This document shows, in pieces, positions 1 through 9,718 of a stretch of DNA of 64,000 nt (position 1 is the first letter of the stretch; the number at the start of each line of letters is the position of its first letter). Where the stretch lies: NCBI GenBank assembly GCA_937625935.1, contig OW569348.1, positions 186,001-250,000 of the forward strand, read 5' to 3'. The notes beneath the pieces are model-generated. The model was not told the DNA's origin, made no database searches, and was given only the letters and a program-made list of their open reading frames with translations. Source of the stretch: Tetramitus jugosus. Its lineage: Eukaryota > Protista > Heterolobosea. The translations under genes and the position numbers were made by a program.

Positions 1-29
1 TGGTAGCCACCACTACAACTGCCACTTCA

Positions 30-1859
30 TTGACCACTGCTCAAATGTTTATCAAGAGATATAGGCACACTCGCTTATACTTGAGAAACATGATTCAACG
101 ATTGATCCAAGCTCAAAATGAATACATGAGACAAAAATATGATTCACCACTTGTGTCACTCGGAAATTCTGACCAGAGCGATAATGACGATAGTGTGATG
201 GCAAGATTTGAGACAGTGGCGCATGATACGATGGAACGAGTGAATGAGTTGAATAGAAAGCTGAGTGAGTCATTGGACTCTGTGAAACAGAGTGAGACAT
301 TGCAATCTCAGTTCATGAGACAGTGTGCTACATTGATTCACAAGTACAAGTGCTGGAGCAATGATCAATTATCGATCAAGAATGATATTGAATTTTTGTC
401 AACCAAACAAAGGAGTACGATTCTCAGTGTATACAATCGCCATTTGAAGTATCAGCGCGCAGAAAAGATTGATGATATGTGGGCAATCAATAGCAATTGC
501 CAAGATATGATCCAATATCACTTGTCTCATTACTTGACAAGTACTTACAATTGTGTGATCAAGGTGAAAAAACAACACATTGACACTTGCAAATTTAAGT
601 CATCGTTCTGTATGGATTTGTTCACATATAATGGTAGATTTTTATCGTTACAATACGTGATTCGTTACAATGTCTTAGAAGACTCATATGTGGATTCATT
701 GGCGATCGAAATTCTTGCATCTGTTGATGCTCATGATGAGGATGAAAGTGTTGATGCTCATGATAAGAACAACTATACATCTCTTTTGTCATGTACGTTT
801 GATGGTGAACGGGACAAGTATAAGTCTATTGGATACAATGCCGATTTATTGTTTAGAATTGCTAATATGATCAGTCCCTCTACGGTCATTAAGAACAATT
901 CCGATGACGCTGTTCATACCATAAAAGAAACGAACGATGAGGAGAATGACAACGATAATCATGCACTCAATTATGATTCAGAGAGCAGTGAAGACGAGGA
1001 TGAGGATGAGGATGACAGCAATCCAATAGTTCGTATTCGTCGTCTTGTCCAAGCCAAGGACTACAAGAAAAACAACAACTTGTATCAGAGCCCACTGAAT
1101 ATGATCCTCCTTTTCTTGTTAGACGTAGTTCTAGGATCAGCTATTCCAGAGGTTCACGAAGAAGTAATTCATGAGCATATAATTGAGCGGTGCATTCCAA
1201 AACTTGCAGAGAAAATTCAAAAGAGAAGCAGTGGTGTTCACTTGCAGTTTTATGATGATGATGATGACAGAGATAGTGATGAAGATGAGAATGAAAACGA
1301 CGATGACGCAGCTGAGCTGATGGGAACTTTCATATCTACTCAAAACTCAGATTCAGAGGATGATGGAGAAGCAGATGTCGAAGAAGTGTATCAGGATTCT
1401 GATGAAGAAGAGGAAGGTAATGGTGATTCTGATGAAGAGGGCCAATCGAATCGTCACTATGTCGTCAGTGATAATGAGGATGACAGTGATAGCGAAGGTG
1501 AGAATGATAGTAATCATGACAGTGACAGTGAAAATGGCGAAATTGTTGTTGAGCTCATCAACCAGAGCGTAGAAAGTGTGGAGGATGTCTCTGATAAACT
1601 TGTTAATAAGAAGGGAGAAAAGAGAAAACGAGAAGAATCTGTTACTGTACTGGATGATGAAGATCACGATCAGCATAGCCAAGGCAGTGACAGTGATGAC
1701 GAGCACGAACATGAAAAAGAGAGTGACAGCGATAGTGAAGAGGAGATTCAAATGTTACAACATGACGATGATGAAAAAGGAGATTCATTTGACACAAAGA
1801 AGAAACGAAGGAAGGTGATACTAGAAGACGAAGAGGAAGACAAGAACGACGAAGAATAA
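30..1859 (+). CDS. Hypothetical protein with long D/E/S-rich acidic C-terminus and basic NLS-like motifs; may be 5'-truncated by window edge
   Basis: 609-codon ORF, frame open back to window start; first ATG at 45; KKKRRK near C-terminus; no family recognised. Confidence 0.75.
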   Translation: MTTAQMFIKRYRHTRLYLRNMIQRLIQAQNEYMRQKYDSPLVSLGNSDQSDNDDSVMARFETVAHDTMERVNELNRKLSESLDSVKQSETLQSQFMRQCATLIHKYKCWSNDQLSIKNDIEFLSTKQRSTILSVYNRHLKYQRAEKIDDMWAINSNCQDMIQYHLSHYLTSTYNCVIKVKKQHIDTCKFKSSFCMDLFTYNGRFLSLQYVIRYNVLEDSYVDSLAIEILASVDAHDEDESVDAHDKNNYTSLLSCTFDGERDKYKSIGYNADLLFRIANMISPSTVIKNNSDDAVHTIKETNDEENDNDNHALNYDSESSEDEDEDEDDSNPIVRIRRLVQAKDYKKNNNLYQSPLNMILLFLLDVVLGSAIPEVHEEVIHEHIIERCIPKLAEKIQKRSSGVHLQFYDDDDDRDSDEDENENDDDAAELMGTFISTQNSDSEDDGEADVEEVYQDSDEEEEGNGDSDEEGQSNRHYVVSDNEDDSDSEGENDSNHDSDSENGEIVVELINQSVESVEDVSDKLVNKKGEKRKREESVTVLDDEDHDQHSQGSDSDDEHEHEKESDSDSEEEIQMLQHDDDEKGDSFDTKKKRRKVILEDEEEDKNDEE

Positions 1860-1939
1860 AGATATCGTTATCTCCGCACGAACATGGTTTGGCGCCAAGA
1901 TGAGGATGTTCTGGGTTTACGGTAGTCCTGACAGAAAAA

Positions 1940-2206
1940 ATGTCAGAACAGCAGCCATCGCCCGGGGGTCATGATGAGACAAAGATTTCAAGCACTCTTA
2001 GGCCGTGGAGTGAAGAATTAAAAGGAACTAGCGTTCAAGAAGAGGAAGCAAACCTCCTGGAGTATCTCAAGAGAATCACTCCTCTCGTGGACCAAGAACT
2101 GACAAAACAAGAACGGTTTGTGCAGTTCGAGAAACAAATAGCTCAGCAAGAGCTCGCAAGCAAGGAGCCATCGCAAGAGAACCCTCCCAAACAAACAACG
2201 CAATAA
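1940..2206 (+). CDS. Small hypothetical protein (88 aa)
   Basis: ATG after A-rich leader, fills gap between genes, stop overlaps AATAAA as in neighbouring genes. Confidence 0.55.
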   Translation: MSEQQPSPGGHDETKISSTLRPWSEELKGTSVQEEEANLLEYLKRITPLVDQELTKQERFVQFEKQIAQQELASKEPSQENPPKQTTQ

Positions 2207-2262
2207 AGATTGATCATGCAAGTCAAACCAAAAATTTTGACAAAACAAAAACGAACACAAAC

Positions 2263-3669
2263 ATGACCTATCAATTGCTTCGACGGACTCTCACCAAGAA
2301 ACCTCTCTCGATTCTCTGTCGTCGACACAGAACACCACAAAGAGGAATGATTTGCTCTGATATGATCAATCAACAACTTTCTTGGATGAGCCATCACCAT
2401 CACTTCTCAACTCTTGCATTCTCTCAACGACAACTGCGACAAGAACCGAGTGAAGAAGGAGAGATTGAGAATGATAATGACGATAATGACCATGATAATT
2501 TATTGATTGTTCCAGGATCAAAGAACGACCCATTCGAAGACATTATACTCGATGACTCGGAAGAGAAGAGCATGTACCCGGCAGAAACGGCAGAATTCAT
2601 TGTTGATGCACTCAAAGACATTGATAAGCACTTGCCTTATTCGTACAATGGTAAACCGATACCAGAGGCACCTCATGGCATTCAACCGCCAAGTGTCTAC
2701 GATTACAAGATTACTCATTTGTTGTTTAAGAAGATTCGCGAGGAACCGAGCATGGATTTTTCGATTGGAAGTGTTGATGAAATTAAAAAGTTGGACAATA
2801 GACAGGGCGCAGATGGATTTCCTCTGTTGGAGGTTGCATTTTGTGGCAGGAGCAATGTGGGGAAGAGTAGCTTGGTGAATGCTGTGCTGGGATATCCCGT
2901 GAGCAAAGTGAGTAAGACGCCAGGTCATACGAAGCGACTCAATTTTTTCAATGTGGGAGATATGGTTTATATGGTAGATTTACCGGGTTATGGTTACGCA
3001 GAGGGAAACATGGACGAGATTGAGAAGTGGACAGAAGTGATGGGTCATTATTTGGCCAGTCGAGGAGAGCGATTGAAGCGTGTGTTTGTTCTCATTGATA
3101 GTCGAAGAGGACTGACCAGACTTGATCAACTGGTGCTCGAGTTTTTGACAATGAATGCCGTATCGCATCAGATTATTTTCACAAAGTGTGACAAGATACC
3201 TCATGAAGCACTGTGTGACTTGTTGGAAGATACGTACAAGTTGATTGATAAAGACAAGAAGTATACATTGTGCTATCCATATATTACACCATGTAGCTCA
3301 TTGGACAACATGGGTATTGAAGAAGTCAAGTGTGCTATTGTCAGTGGAAGTGGACTTCGCATGTCGATCCGACTCATGAACGAAAAGCAAAAGCTACAAG
3401 TCATGAAAAAGGAACGAGATCGGATGATGAAGGATTTAGGTGTGATTAATCCAGAACATCCGGTCTTCAAGAACCAGAAAGAGATGTTGGAAGATATGAA
3501 GAGCTCGAAAATGCAACAGGACCTCAAGAACAAGTCAATCTCAGCCTCTGCACCCCAGAGCGCTCCACCCAAGAAAGGAAAACTAGGAAACCAAACCGAC
3601 AAACCCCAAAAACAACTGCCTCCCAACAAAAAGTCAATCATTCTCGGTCTCTATGGCGAAGACGAATAA
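2263..3669 (+). CDS. EngB/YihA/YsxC-family ribosome biogenesis GTPase (GTPBP8-like), probably mitochondrial
   Basis: G1 GRSNVGKSS, G2 TPGHT, G3 DLPGYG, G4 TKCD; Arg-rich, acid-poor N-terminal presequence. Confidence 0.93.
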   Translation: MTYQLLRRTLTKKPLSILCRRHRTPQRGMICSDMINQQLSWMSHHHHFSTLAFSQRQLRQEPSEEGEIENDNDDNDHDNLLIVPGSKNDPFEDIILDDSEEKSMYPAETAEFIVDALKDIDKHLPYSYNGKPIPEAPHGIQPPSVYDYKITHLLFKKIREEPSMDFSIGSVDEIKKLDNRQGADGFPLLEVAFCGRSNVGKSSLVNAVLGYPVSKVSKTPGHTKRLNFFNVGDMVYMVDLPGYGYAEGNMDEIEKWTEVMGHYLASRGERLKRVFVLIDSRRGLTRLDQLVLEFLTMNAVSHQIIFTKCDKIPHEALCDLLEDTYKLIDKDKKYTLCYPYITPCSSLDNMGIEEVKCAIVSGSGLRMSIRLMNEKQKLQVMKKERDRMMKDLGVINPEHPVFKNQKEMLEDMKSSKMQQDLKNKSISASAPQSAPPKKGKLGNQTDKPQKQLPPNKKSIILGLYGEDE

Positions 3670-3780
3670 ACCATTTGTCTCTATCCCAGCATCGTAGAAA
3701 TTCGGAACATCATGTCGGGATGTCTCTATTTCCCCTACTATCTGCCAAACAAAACAACAAGTGCTAAAAATCGAGTAAAC

Positions 3781-6700
3781 ATGTCACAAGAATCGTTTGA
3801 ACGATCGAGACACCATCACCAGGAGTGGATTAAACTCAGCTCCTCTTCTGTTGAGAAATATTACTTCAACAAGATTGTGACTTACCATTCCTTGCAATGG
3901 AACAATAACAATGACAATAGTGACAATACCAATGACAACCACGAACAAACTCACACATTATTCCAAGAACATACGATTGATGATTACGTGATTACTGTTG
4001 CACCCTATGGAGGTCCCATTGCTATGATGCTACGACCATCTGAGAATGAATCTACAGGTGCAAAAGAAGGCATTGCATTTCATCGAAGAATGAAACAGAG
4101 GAGAGCAAAAAAGAGTGGCGATGGTGAGTATGATGAGATGAGCAGCGATGATGAGTTGGATGAGAAGGAATATCGCAGGAGGCGTGGTAAGGACGAGAGT
4201 GATGACGACAGCAGTGATGATGATGACGAAGAAAATGGTTCAAAGTTCATGGTGTCAGGCAAAGCACAAGTAATTTACATTTATAGTGCCAATGGAGCAT
4301 TATTGTCGCGCGTACAAATGGACAAGAGAGAGAGCTTTGTGGTGAATATGGGATGGACGAGCGATTTGAAGCTCATGTGCCTGACAGATGAGGGAAAATT
4401 GTTTTTGTTCAATGTGCAGGGTCAAGTATGCAGTGATTATTGGAATGAGAATAAGGATGACTTTGTGGTGGATCAAAATTTGAATATTGTGAGGAACGAG
4501 AAGAAGAAGATGGATTTCTTTGTCTTGGTTCCGATGGAGAGAGGAGAAACAGTGCAAGTGAGTTGCATGTGGGATCAAGGCTGTGCTGTCTATACGACGA
4601 ATCGACGATTGTTTGTGGCGGATGACTTTAGTGTAAAACTGCCATTTCAGCTCTATCCACTCACGATTGAGATGACAGAGAAGAGCTCAGCATATGTGGG
4701 TAGGCCGGTGAGGATCAACAAGGACAATACGTATGCTTACACTGACATGTGTTGTATGACAGCCATACCTGCTCATATGTCCCAGAGTGGAACAGCTGAG
4801 ATTGTTCTGTCTCCTGAAAACTTCACAACTCTCATCGTCTGCTCAAAACATGATATTGTCGATAGACAATTGTATAATATTTTAGAAGGAGCACAGATGA
4901 GTGAAGATAGTGAAGATGTTGGTATCAAGTCGTTGGTTACATCACCAGATGGGTCCACTGTCGCTGCCACCTTTGTGAATAATCAGGGCTCTGTTCAATG
5001 TCTCGTGTTTAACAACCAAATCAATGCCTTGTATATGAAATTTGATTTAAGAACAAAGTTGGAGCCCACAACTGTTCGCTTCTGTAGTCATGATTGCATT
5101 GCAGTGTATTGGAAATCCGAGTGTTTCACTAATTTTTCAGATTCATTTGATGACGATCTGAGTGATCATGCTTTGATGCTATTAATTGACTGTAATGGAG
5201 TGTTTACGAATTTTATTCTCGAGAATGATATATTTATTTCCTCTGAGTGCGACGGCTTGAGAATGTACAGTAGAGATCGATTGGAAACATTAGAGCGAGT
5301 ACATTCGAGTACGATATCGCTGTTTGAAATTGGTAGCTTTGAACCAGGTTGTTTGTTATATGACGCATATGAAGATTTTTGTTCTCGAGTACCTGGGGTC
5401 ATACATCTTGTGAAGGACATGAAACAGCAAACGAATCACGTAAGGACCAACACCAGTGAGACGAATAGTGATATTGACGTCTTACTACAAGCACTCGAGA
5501 ATAGTCCAGACTCACTACAAAATGCTGTGGAATGTTGTATTGAAGCTGCCTGCCACGAAAGCAACAAAACTTTGCAGCAAAAATTGCTGAAGGCAGCCAT
5601 ATTTGGGCGCACATTCCTCACACAAACTGAGAGTATCGTTGTTGGACTAACAGAATCAGAACGATATTCAGTTATTGAACAAGAATATAAGCGTCTATTT
5701 CAAACAAACGAAGATTTTGAGATAAACTCAGAAAATAAGAGAGACCTCGTTCGAAAAATGATGTCACAAAATGAAAGTGCAGTGAACGCCTTCTATCGAC
5801 GATGTTCCGAAATGAGAATACTTTTTGATATTCGCAACTCAGTTGGAATTCCTCTATCATACTCACAGTTTGTAAAGCTATCACTGACATCGTTGGTAGC
5901 TCGATTATGTGAAATGAATCATCATTTCTTAGCTCACAAGATTTGTGAAATCATGAATGTGGAATCAGATGACGTGTTAAAACATTGGGCATGTGTGAAA
6001 GTGGGGTCGCAAGAAGATGACGAAGTCGTGTACAATAGTATCATTTCACTTTTGAAAGATAAGAAACGTGTCAGCTTTGCTAGAATTGCGATGAATGCGT
6101 TCCAACTCGGTAAGCGTAATTTGTCACAAAAACTTCTTGCGTTTGACGGCAACCCAATGGATCAAATTCCCATTTACCTCAAAATGCATGAAGTAAATCG
6201 AGCATTGGATACAGCTATTCGCTCCAACGACTCTGATCTAGTTCTTGTTGTGATCATGTACATGGTCAAGTACTTCGATAAGAAACACATGTTCGAAATT
6301 TTGTCAGGAGCAGGAAGAAAAGAAGCATGTGATCTATATCTGCACTACTGTCGAAATATGCGAGAATATAAGGATATTGGCCTCTTCCACAAGTTCATGC
6401 AAGATCATCGAGGGATGGGCATGAACTATATATACGAGGGATATTACCACTTGACCGAGGCAGAAACTGAATCAACCAAAAAGTTTGTTGATTGCTTGGG
6501 AAAATCTGAGGTTTGCTTCGACCAATCAAAGCCCGACTCTATCAACAGTTTACTCTCCAGAGCGCAAGTTCTCTTACTTCATTTGCACTCTCAAGTTGAG
6601 AAAGAGATCAATCAACCAGGGGTGCTGAGAGGTAAAACTGCCCAAGAAACTCTCCTTTTCTTACTATCTGATCAAGCAATACCAGAAAGCAGGAGAAAGG

Positions 6701-7086
6701 AGTGGATATCCTTCTTGAAGTCCGAATTCAACATTAATGATAAGAGGTATTGGTACACGAGAGTACAGGCATATTCCAACACAAATAACTGGAAAGCACT
6801 CGAGGATTTGTGTTTCAAGAGCAGTACCTTTAGAAGAGCTCCACCAATTGGATATGAACCATTTGTAGAAGCGTGTATCAAAAAGGGAAATGAGAGTGAA
6901 GCTCTAAAGTACATTCCATATGTCAAGGAGTTGGAGGTGAAGGTTGACTATTATCTTTCACTCATGAGATTCAAGGAAGCGATCGAATGCAGCATCAAAG
7001 ATGTTGAAATGTTGGAGTACATCAAAAAGAAAGCGACGAATCCTAAAACAATAGATTCTATCAACAAGCTCATTAGTGAACTCTAA
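3781..7086 (+). CDS. VPS16: Vacuolar protein sorting 16 (HOPS/CORVET subunit)
   Basis: APYGGPIA, IYIYSANG, ECDGLR, LKAAIFG, HWACVKV, PIGYEPFVEAC motifs; alternative ATG at 3712. Confidence 0.93.
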   Translation: MSQESFERSRHHHQEWIKLSSSSVEKYYFNKIVTYHSLQWNNNNDNSDNTNDNHEQTHTLFQEHTIDDYVITVAPYGGPIAMMLRPSENESTGAKEGIAFHRRMKQRRAKKSGDGEYDEMSSDDELDEKEYRRRRGKDESDDDSSDDDDEENGSKFMVSGKAQVIYIYSANGALLSRVQMDKRESFVVNMGWTSDLKLMCLTDEGKLFLFNVQGQVCSDYWNENKDDFVVDQNLNIVRNEKKKMDFFVLVPMERGETVQVSCMWDQGCAVYTTNRRLFVADDFSVKLPFQLYPLTIEMTEKSSAYVGRPVRINKDNTYAYTDMCCMTAIPAHMSQSGTAEIVLSPENFTTLIVCSKHDIVDRQLYNILEGAQMSEDSEDVGIKSLVTSPDGSTVAATFVNNQGSVQCLVFNNQINALYMKFDLRTKLEPTTVRFCSHDCIAVYWKSECFTNFSDSFDDDLSDHALMLLIDCNGVFTNFILENDIFISSECDGLRMYSRDRLETLERVHSSTISLFEIGSFEPGCLLYDAYEDFCSRVPGVIHLVKDMKQQTNHVRTNTSETNSDIDVLLQALENSPDSLQNAVECCIEAACHESNKTLQQKLLKAAIFGRTFLTQTESIVVGLTESERYSVIEQEYKRLFQTNEDFEINSENKRDLVRKMMSQNESAVNAFYRRCSEMRILFDIRNSVGIPLSYSQFVKLSLTSLVARLCEMNHHFLAHKICEIMNVESDDVLKHWACVKVGSQEDDEVVYNSIISLLKDKKRVSFARIAMNAFQLGKRNLSQKLLAFDGNPMDQIPIYLKMHEVNRALDTAIRSNDSDLVLVVIMYMVKYFDKKHMFEILSGAGRKEACDLYLHYCRNMREYKDIGLFHKFMQDHRGMGMNYIYEGYYHLTEAETESTKKFVDCLGKSEVCFDQSKPDSINSLLSRAQVLLLHLHSQVEKEINQPGVLRGKTAQETLLFLLSDQAIPESRRKEWISFLKSEFNINDKRYWYTRVQAYSNTNNWKALEDLCFKSSTFRRAPPIGYEPFVEACIKKGNESEALKYIPYVKELEVKVDYYLSLMRFKEAIECSIKDVEMLEYIKKKATNPKTIDSINKLISEL

Positions 7087-7230
7087 GAGATAAAGCTTTT
7101 GGATATCAATCGTTTAGAATTACAAAGTTTTTTATTGTTGTGCTTTTGGATAACAAAGATTACTCTCAGCAATCTCTCACCACAAGCATGCACAAACGTG
7201 TGCAACAAAAATTTTAGTTCTCCAACTTTC

Positions 7231-7569
7231 TTAAAACTTGCTCTTTCCCTGTTGTCCATACGTTTCCTGAGCAACCTTTGCCGTCTCAAAAGTAATAACA
7301 GCACTCAACAATAAGCAGAGAGTAACACTAGCTGGATGAATCGCCAGCATGACACCCAAAACGACCAACAAGCTCAATACTACTTCGAAAACACCAACAG
7401 GTGATCCCCGTCCTCTCATATTTCCAACGACATTCAAAACGAAAATGTAGAGAATACCTCCAAGGACACCAGCAACTAATCTGCCCTCCTTTGATGGCTC
7501 TAGAAAACCTCTAGCAAGTAATAAAGCGAGTGATCCCACAATGGACACAATGAGAGATAACTGAGACAT
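7231..7569 (-). CDS. KRTCAP2: Oligosaccharyltransferase subunit KCP2/KRTCAP2-like membrane protein (112 aa)
   Basis: Several TM helices, IHPASVTLCLLLS resembles KRTCAP2 IHRVCVTTCFIFS, basic C-terminal KSKF; ATG at 7569. Confidence 0.7.
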   Translation of the reverse strand: MSQLSLIVSIVGSLALLLARGFLEPSKEGRLVAGVLGGILYIFVLNVVGNMRGRGSPVGVFEVVLSLLVVLGVMLAIHPASVTLCLLLSAVITFETAKVAQETYGQQGKSKF

Positions 7570-7735
7570 GGCTGAAGGATTTTTTGTTGTTTTTGATCTT
7601 CTCAAACACATTCCCCGCCAAAAAACTGCGCCTATGGAATTTTCACCGCCCGCTTCGGACCAATGTTCAACTGGAAAAGTCGAAGCGTGATGCAACGTTA
7701 ACACAAACACAGCAACATTACTCGTCTCAAGACAG

Positions 7736-9253
7736 ATGACAACATCACAAAACCAGAGTAGAGCAACCACTACTACCCTGACGTATCGAAATTTTAATCA
7801 CCTCAACAACAACAATAGCCATAACACCAACAGCAAAAATAGCTACGAAGAACCAACGACCATATTATCTTCATCACCTCCAACATTTCTGTCAATGAAC
7901 CACAATAGCTCTCATCACATGGCGACCACGACTACCATGATGAACACGACGTTGTCTGTTGAGGATAACAACAACAAATCTCAATCACAACAACAACAAC
8001 AACAACAACACTATCACAATAACCACGTGGCACTGTCAATGACGGACCCACTCACTCAGAGTGACTTTGATCATCACTTTCATCAAAATATTCGCAGCAG
8101 TAACAACAACAACAACAACAATAATATGAATGAGCTGCCCACGAACGAAACAAATGAGAACAATCACAAATCAGAGACTGGTAGTGGTGGTGGTGAATCA
8201 CTCACCATATTTTCAATCAACATTTTGGCGTTTCCACCCTATATGCAACTCTTGATTTGCATTCTATTCATGTTTGTGTTTTACACATTGAGTGGTATCG
8301 TGCAAGAGTATCTATTTGTGCAGTATGATGACTTTGATTATGGATTCTTTCTGACATTGATACAGTTCCTGTTCTACTCTGGTGCGTCCTTCTTTATGCT
8401 TCGGAATCAACAAAAGAACAATTCGCCGAAACCATTTGTCACCGAAGCACCCAAGGTCAATATTCCACTCACCTATCTCATGTTGGGCACGTTGATGATG
8501 GCAGGAGTGGGACTTGGAAATGAGTCCATGAACTATCTGAACTATCCAACAAAGATTCTGTTCAAGAGCTCAAAGCTATTGCTAGCCATGGTCATTGGTT
8601 TTTTCATTACTGGAAAAAAGTACAATAGACTGGATTATATGGCATCGCTTAGTTTGGCATTTGGCCTTGTCACGCTGTACACTGCCAACACATCGACATC
8701 TGTTCGCTTCGAGCTGAAGGGTGTGTTTCTGATCTTGTGTGCGCTGGCATCAGACTCTGTAGCAGGAAATCTACAAGAAAAGATTTTACAGGAGGGAGAT
8801 CAATCGCCATTGGAATTGGTATTTTACTCGCATGCTGTCGGATCAGTCTACTTGTTAATTGTGTGTATGATTACTGGACAATTGACAGGGGCAGTTACAT
8901 TTTGCATGAGAAATCCATTTGCAATTTTGTTGATATTGACGTACTGTGTGCTCTGTTTTGTAGGAGTTCAGTTCGTGCACACAATGACAAAGCTCTATGG
9001 CATTCTTGCCACGTTGACTGCTGCATCAACAAGAAAGGTTTTGAGCATTCTTTTGAGCTACATCATTTTCCCAAAGCCATTCCTGTTTGCTCATTTGCTA
9101 GCTGTTGTGCTTGTCTTTACTGGGGTGTTTCTAAGAATCTACAATAAGAACAAACAGGATTTTGATGACCTATTTGCTCACTATCTGTTGGGCAGGAAGA
9201 GAACAAGACCAATCAAGAATGATAGCAAAGCAAACGACTCTCTCATCATATAA
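7736..9253 (+). CDS. UAA-family nucleotide-sugar/PAPS transporter (SLC35B3/PAPST2-like) with N/Q-rich N-terminus
   Basis: YLNYPTKILFKSSKLL, GNLQEKIL, TRKVLSILLSYIIFPKPF motifs; about 10 TM segments. Confidence 0.9.
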   Translation: MTTSQNQSRATTTTLTYRNFNHLNNNNSHNTNSKNSYEEPTTILSSSPPTFLSMNHNSSHHMATTTTMMNTTLSVEDNNNKSQSQQQQQQQHYHNNHVALSMTDPLTQSDFDHHFHQNIRSSNNNNNNNNMNELPTNETNENNHKSETGSGGGESLTIFSINILAFPPYMQLLICILFMFVFYTLSGIVQEYLFVQYDDFDYGFFLTLIQFLFYSGASFFMLRNQQKNNSPKPFVTEAPKVNIPLTYLMLGTLMMAGVGLGNESMNYLNYPTKILFKSSKLLLAMVIGFFITGKKYNRLDYMASLSLAFGLVTLYTANTSTSVRFELKGVFLILCALASDSVAGNLQEKILQEGDQSPLELVFYSHAVGSVYLLIVCMITGQLTGAVTFCMRNPFAILLILTYCVLCFVGVQFVHTMTKLYGILATLTAASTRKVLSILLSYIIFPKPFLFAHLLAVVLVFTGVFLRIYNKNKQDFDDLFAHYLLGRKRTRPIKNDSKANDSLII

Positions 9254-9718
9254 ACAAAACAAAAAACGAGCCCAGTCCTATTATATCTTATCCTGATAAT
9301 AAATCCAAGTCGCCATCTCAATCCTGTGTTGCTGGAAACCTGTAAACGCGCCTTGCCAAGATTTAAGGCAGAGGAATCTGAAAGGTGTTGCGCACTTTCT
9401 CTCCGCATTACAAAGCCGAATTTTCGGAAAATTGGCGGGCTACCGCCTTAAATTTAGCGGCTTGACCATTCTCATGACCAGGATCGCATTGCACAAAAAC
9501 GAACACACAACCGTAGTTTTGTGGTACCAAACAGTCACAAAGAGTGGAAAGACACACATAGCATCAAAGCACTCTTTTTTTCATCACATCCTTTACGCGG
9601 CAACATAATAGTTATCCCAACACCTTGAAAAAAATTCAACTGTTTTTGTCGACACAAAAAGTTTAGCCCAAAAAAAAGTGATCTATCACACCGAACCACA
9701 AATCATTCATACAATATC

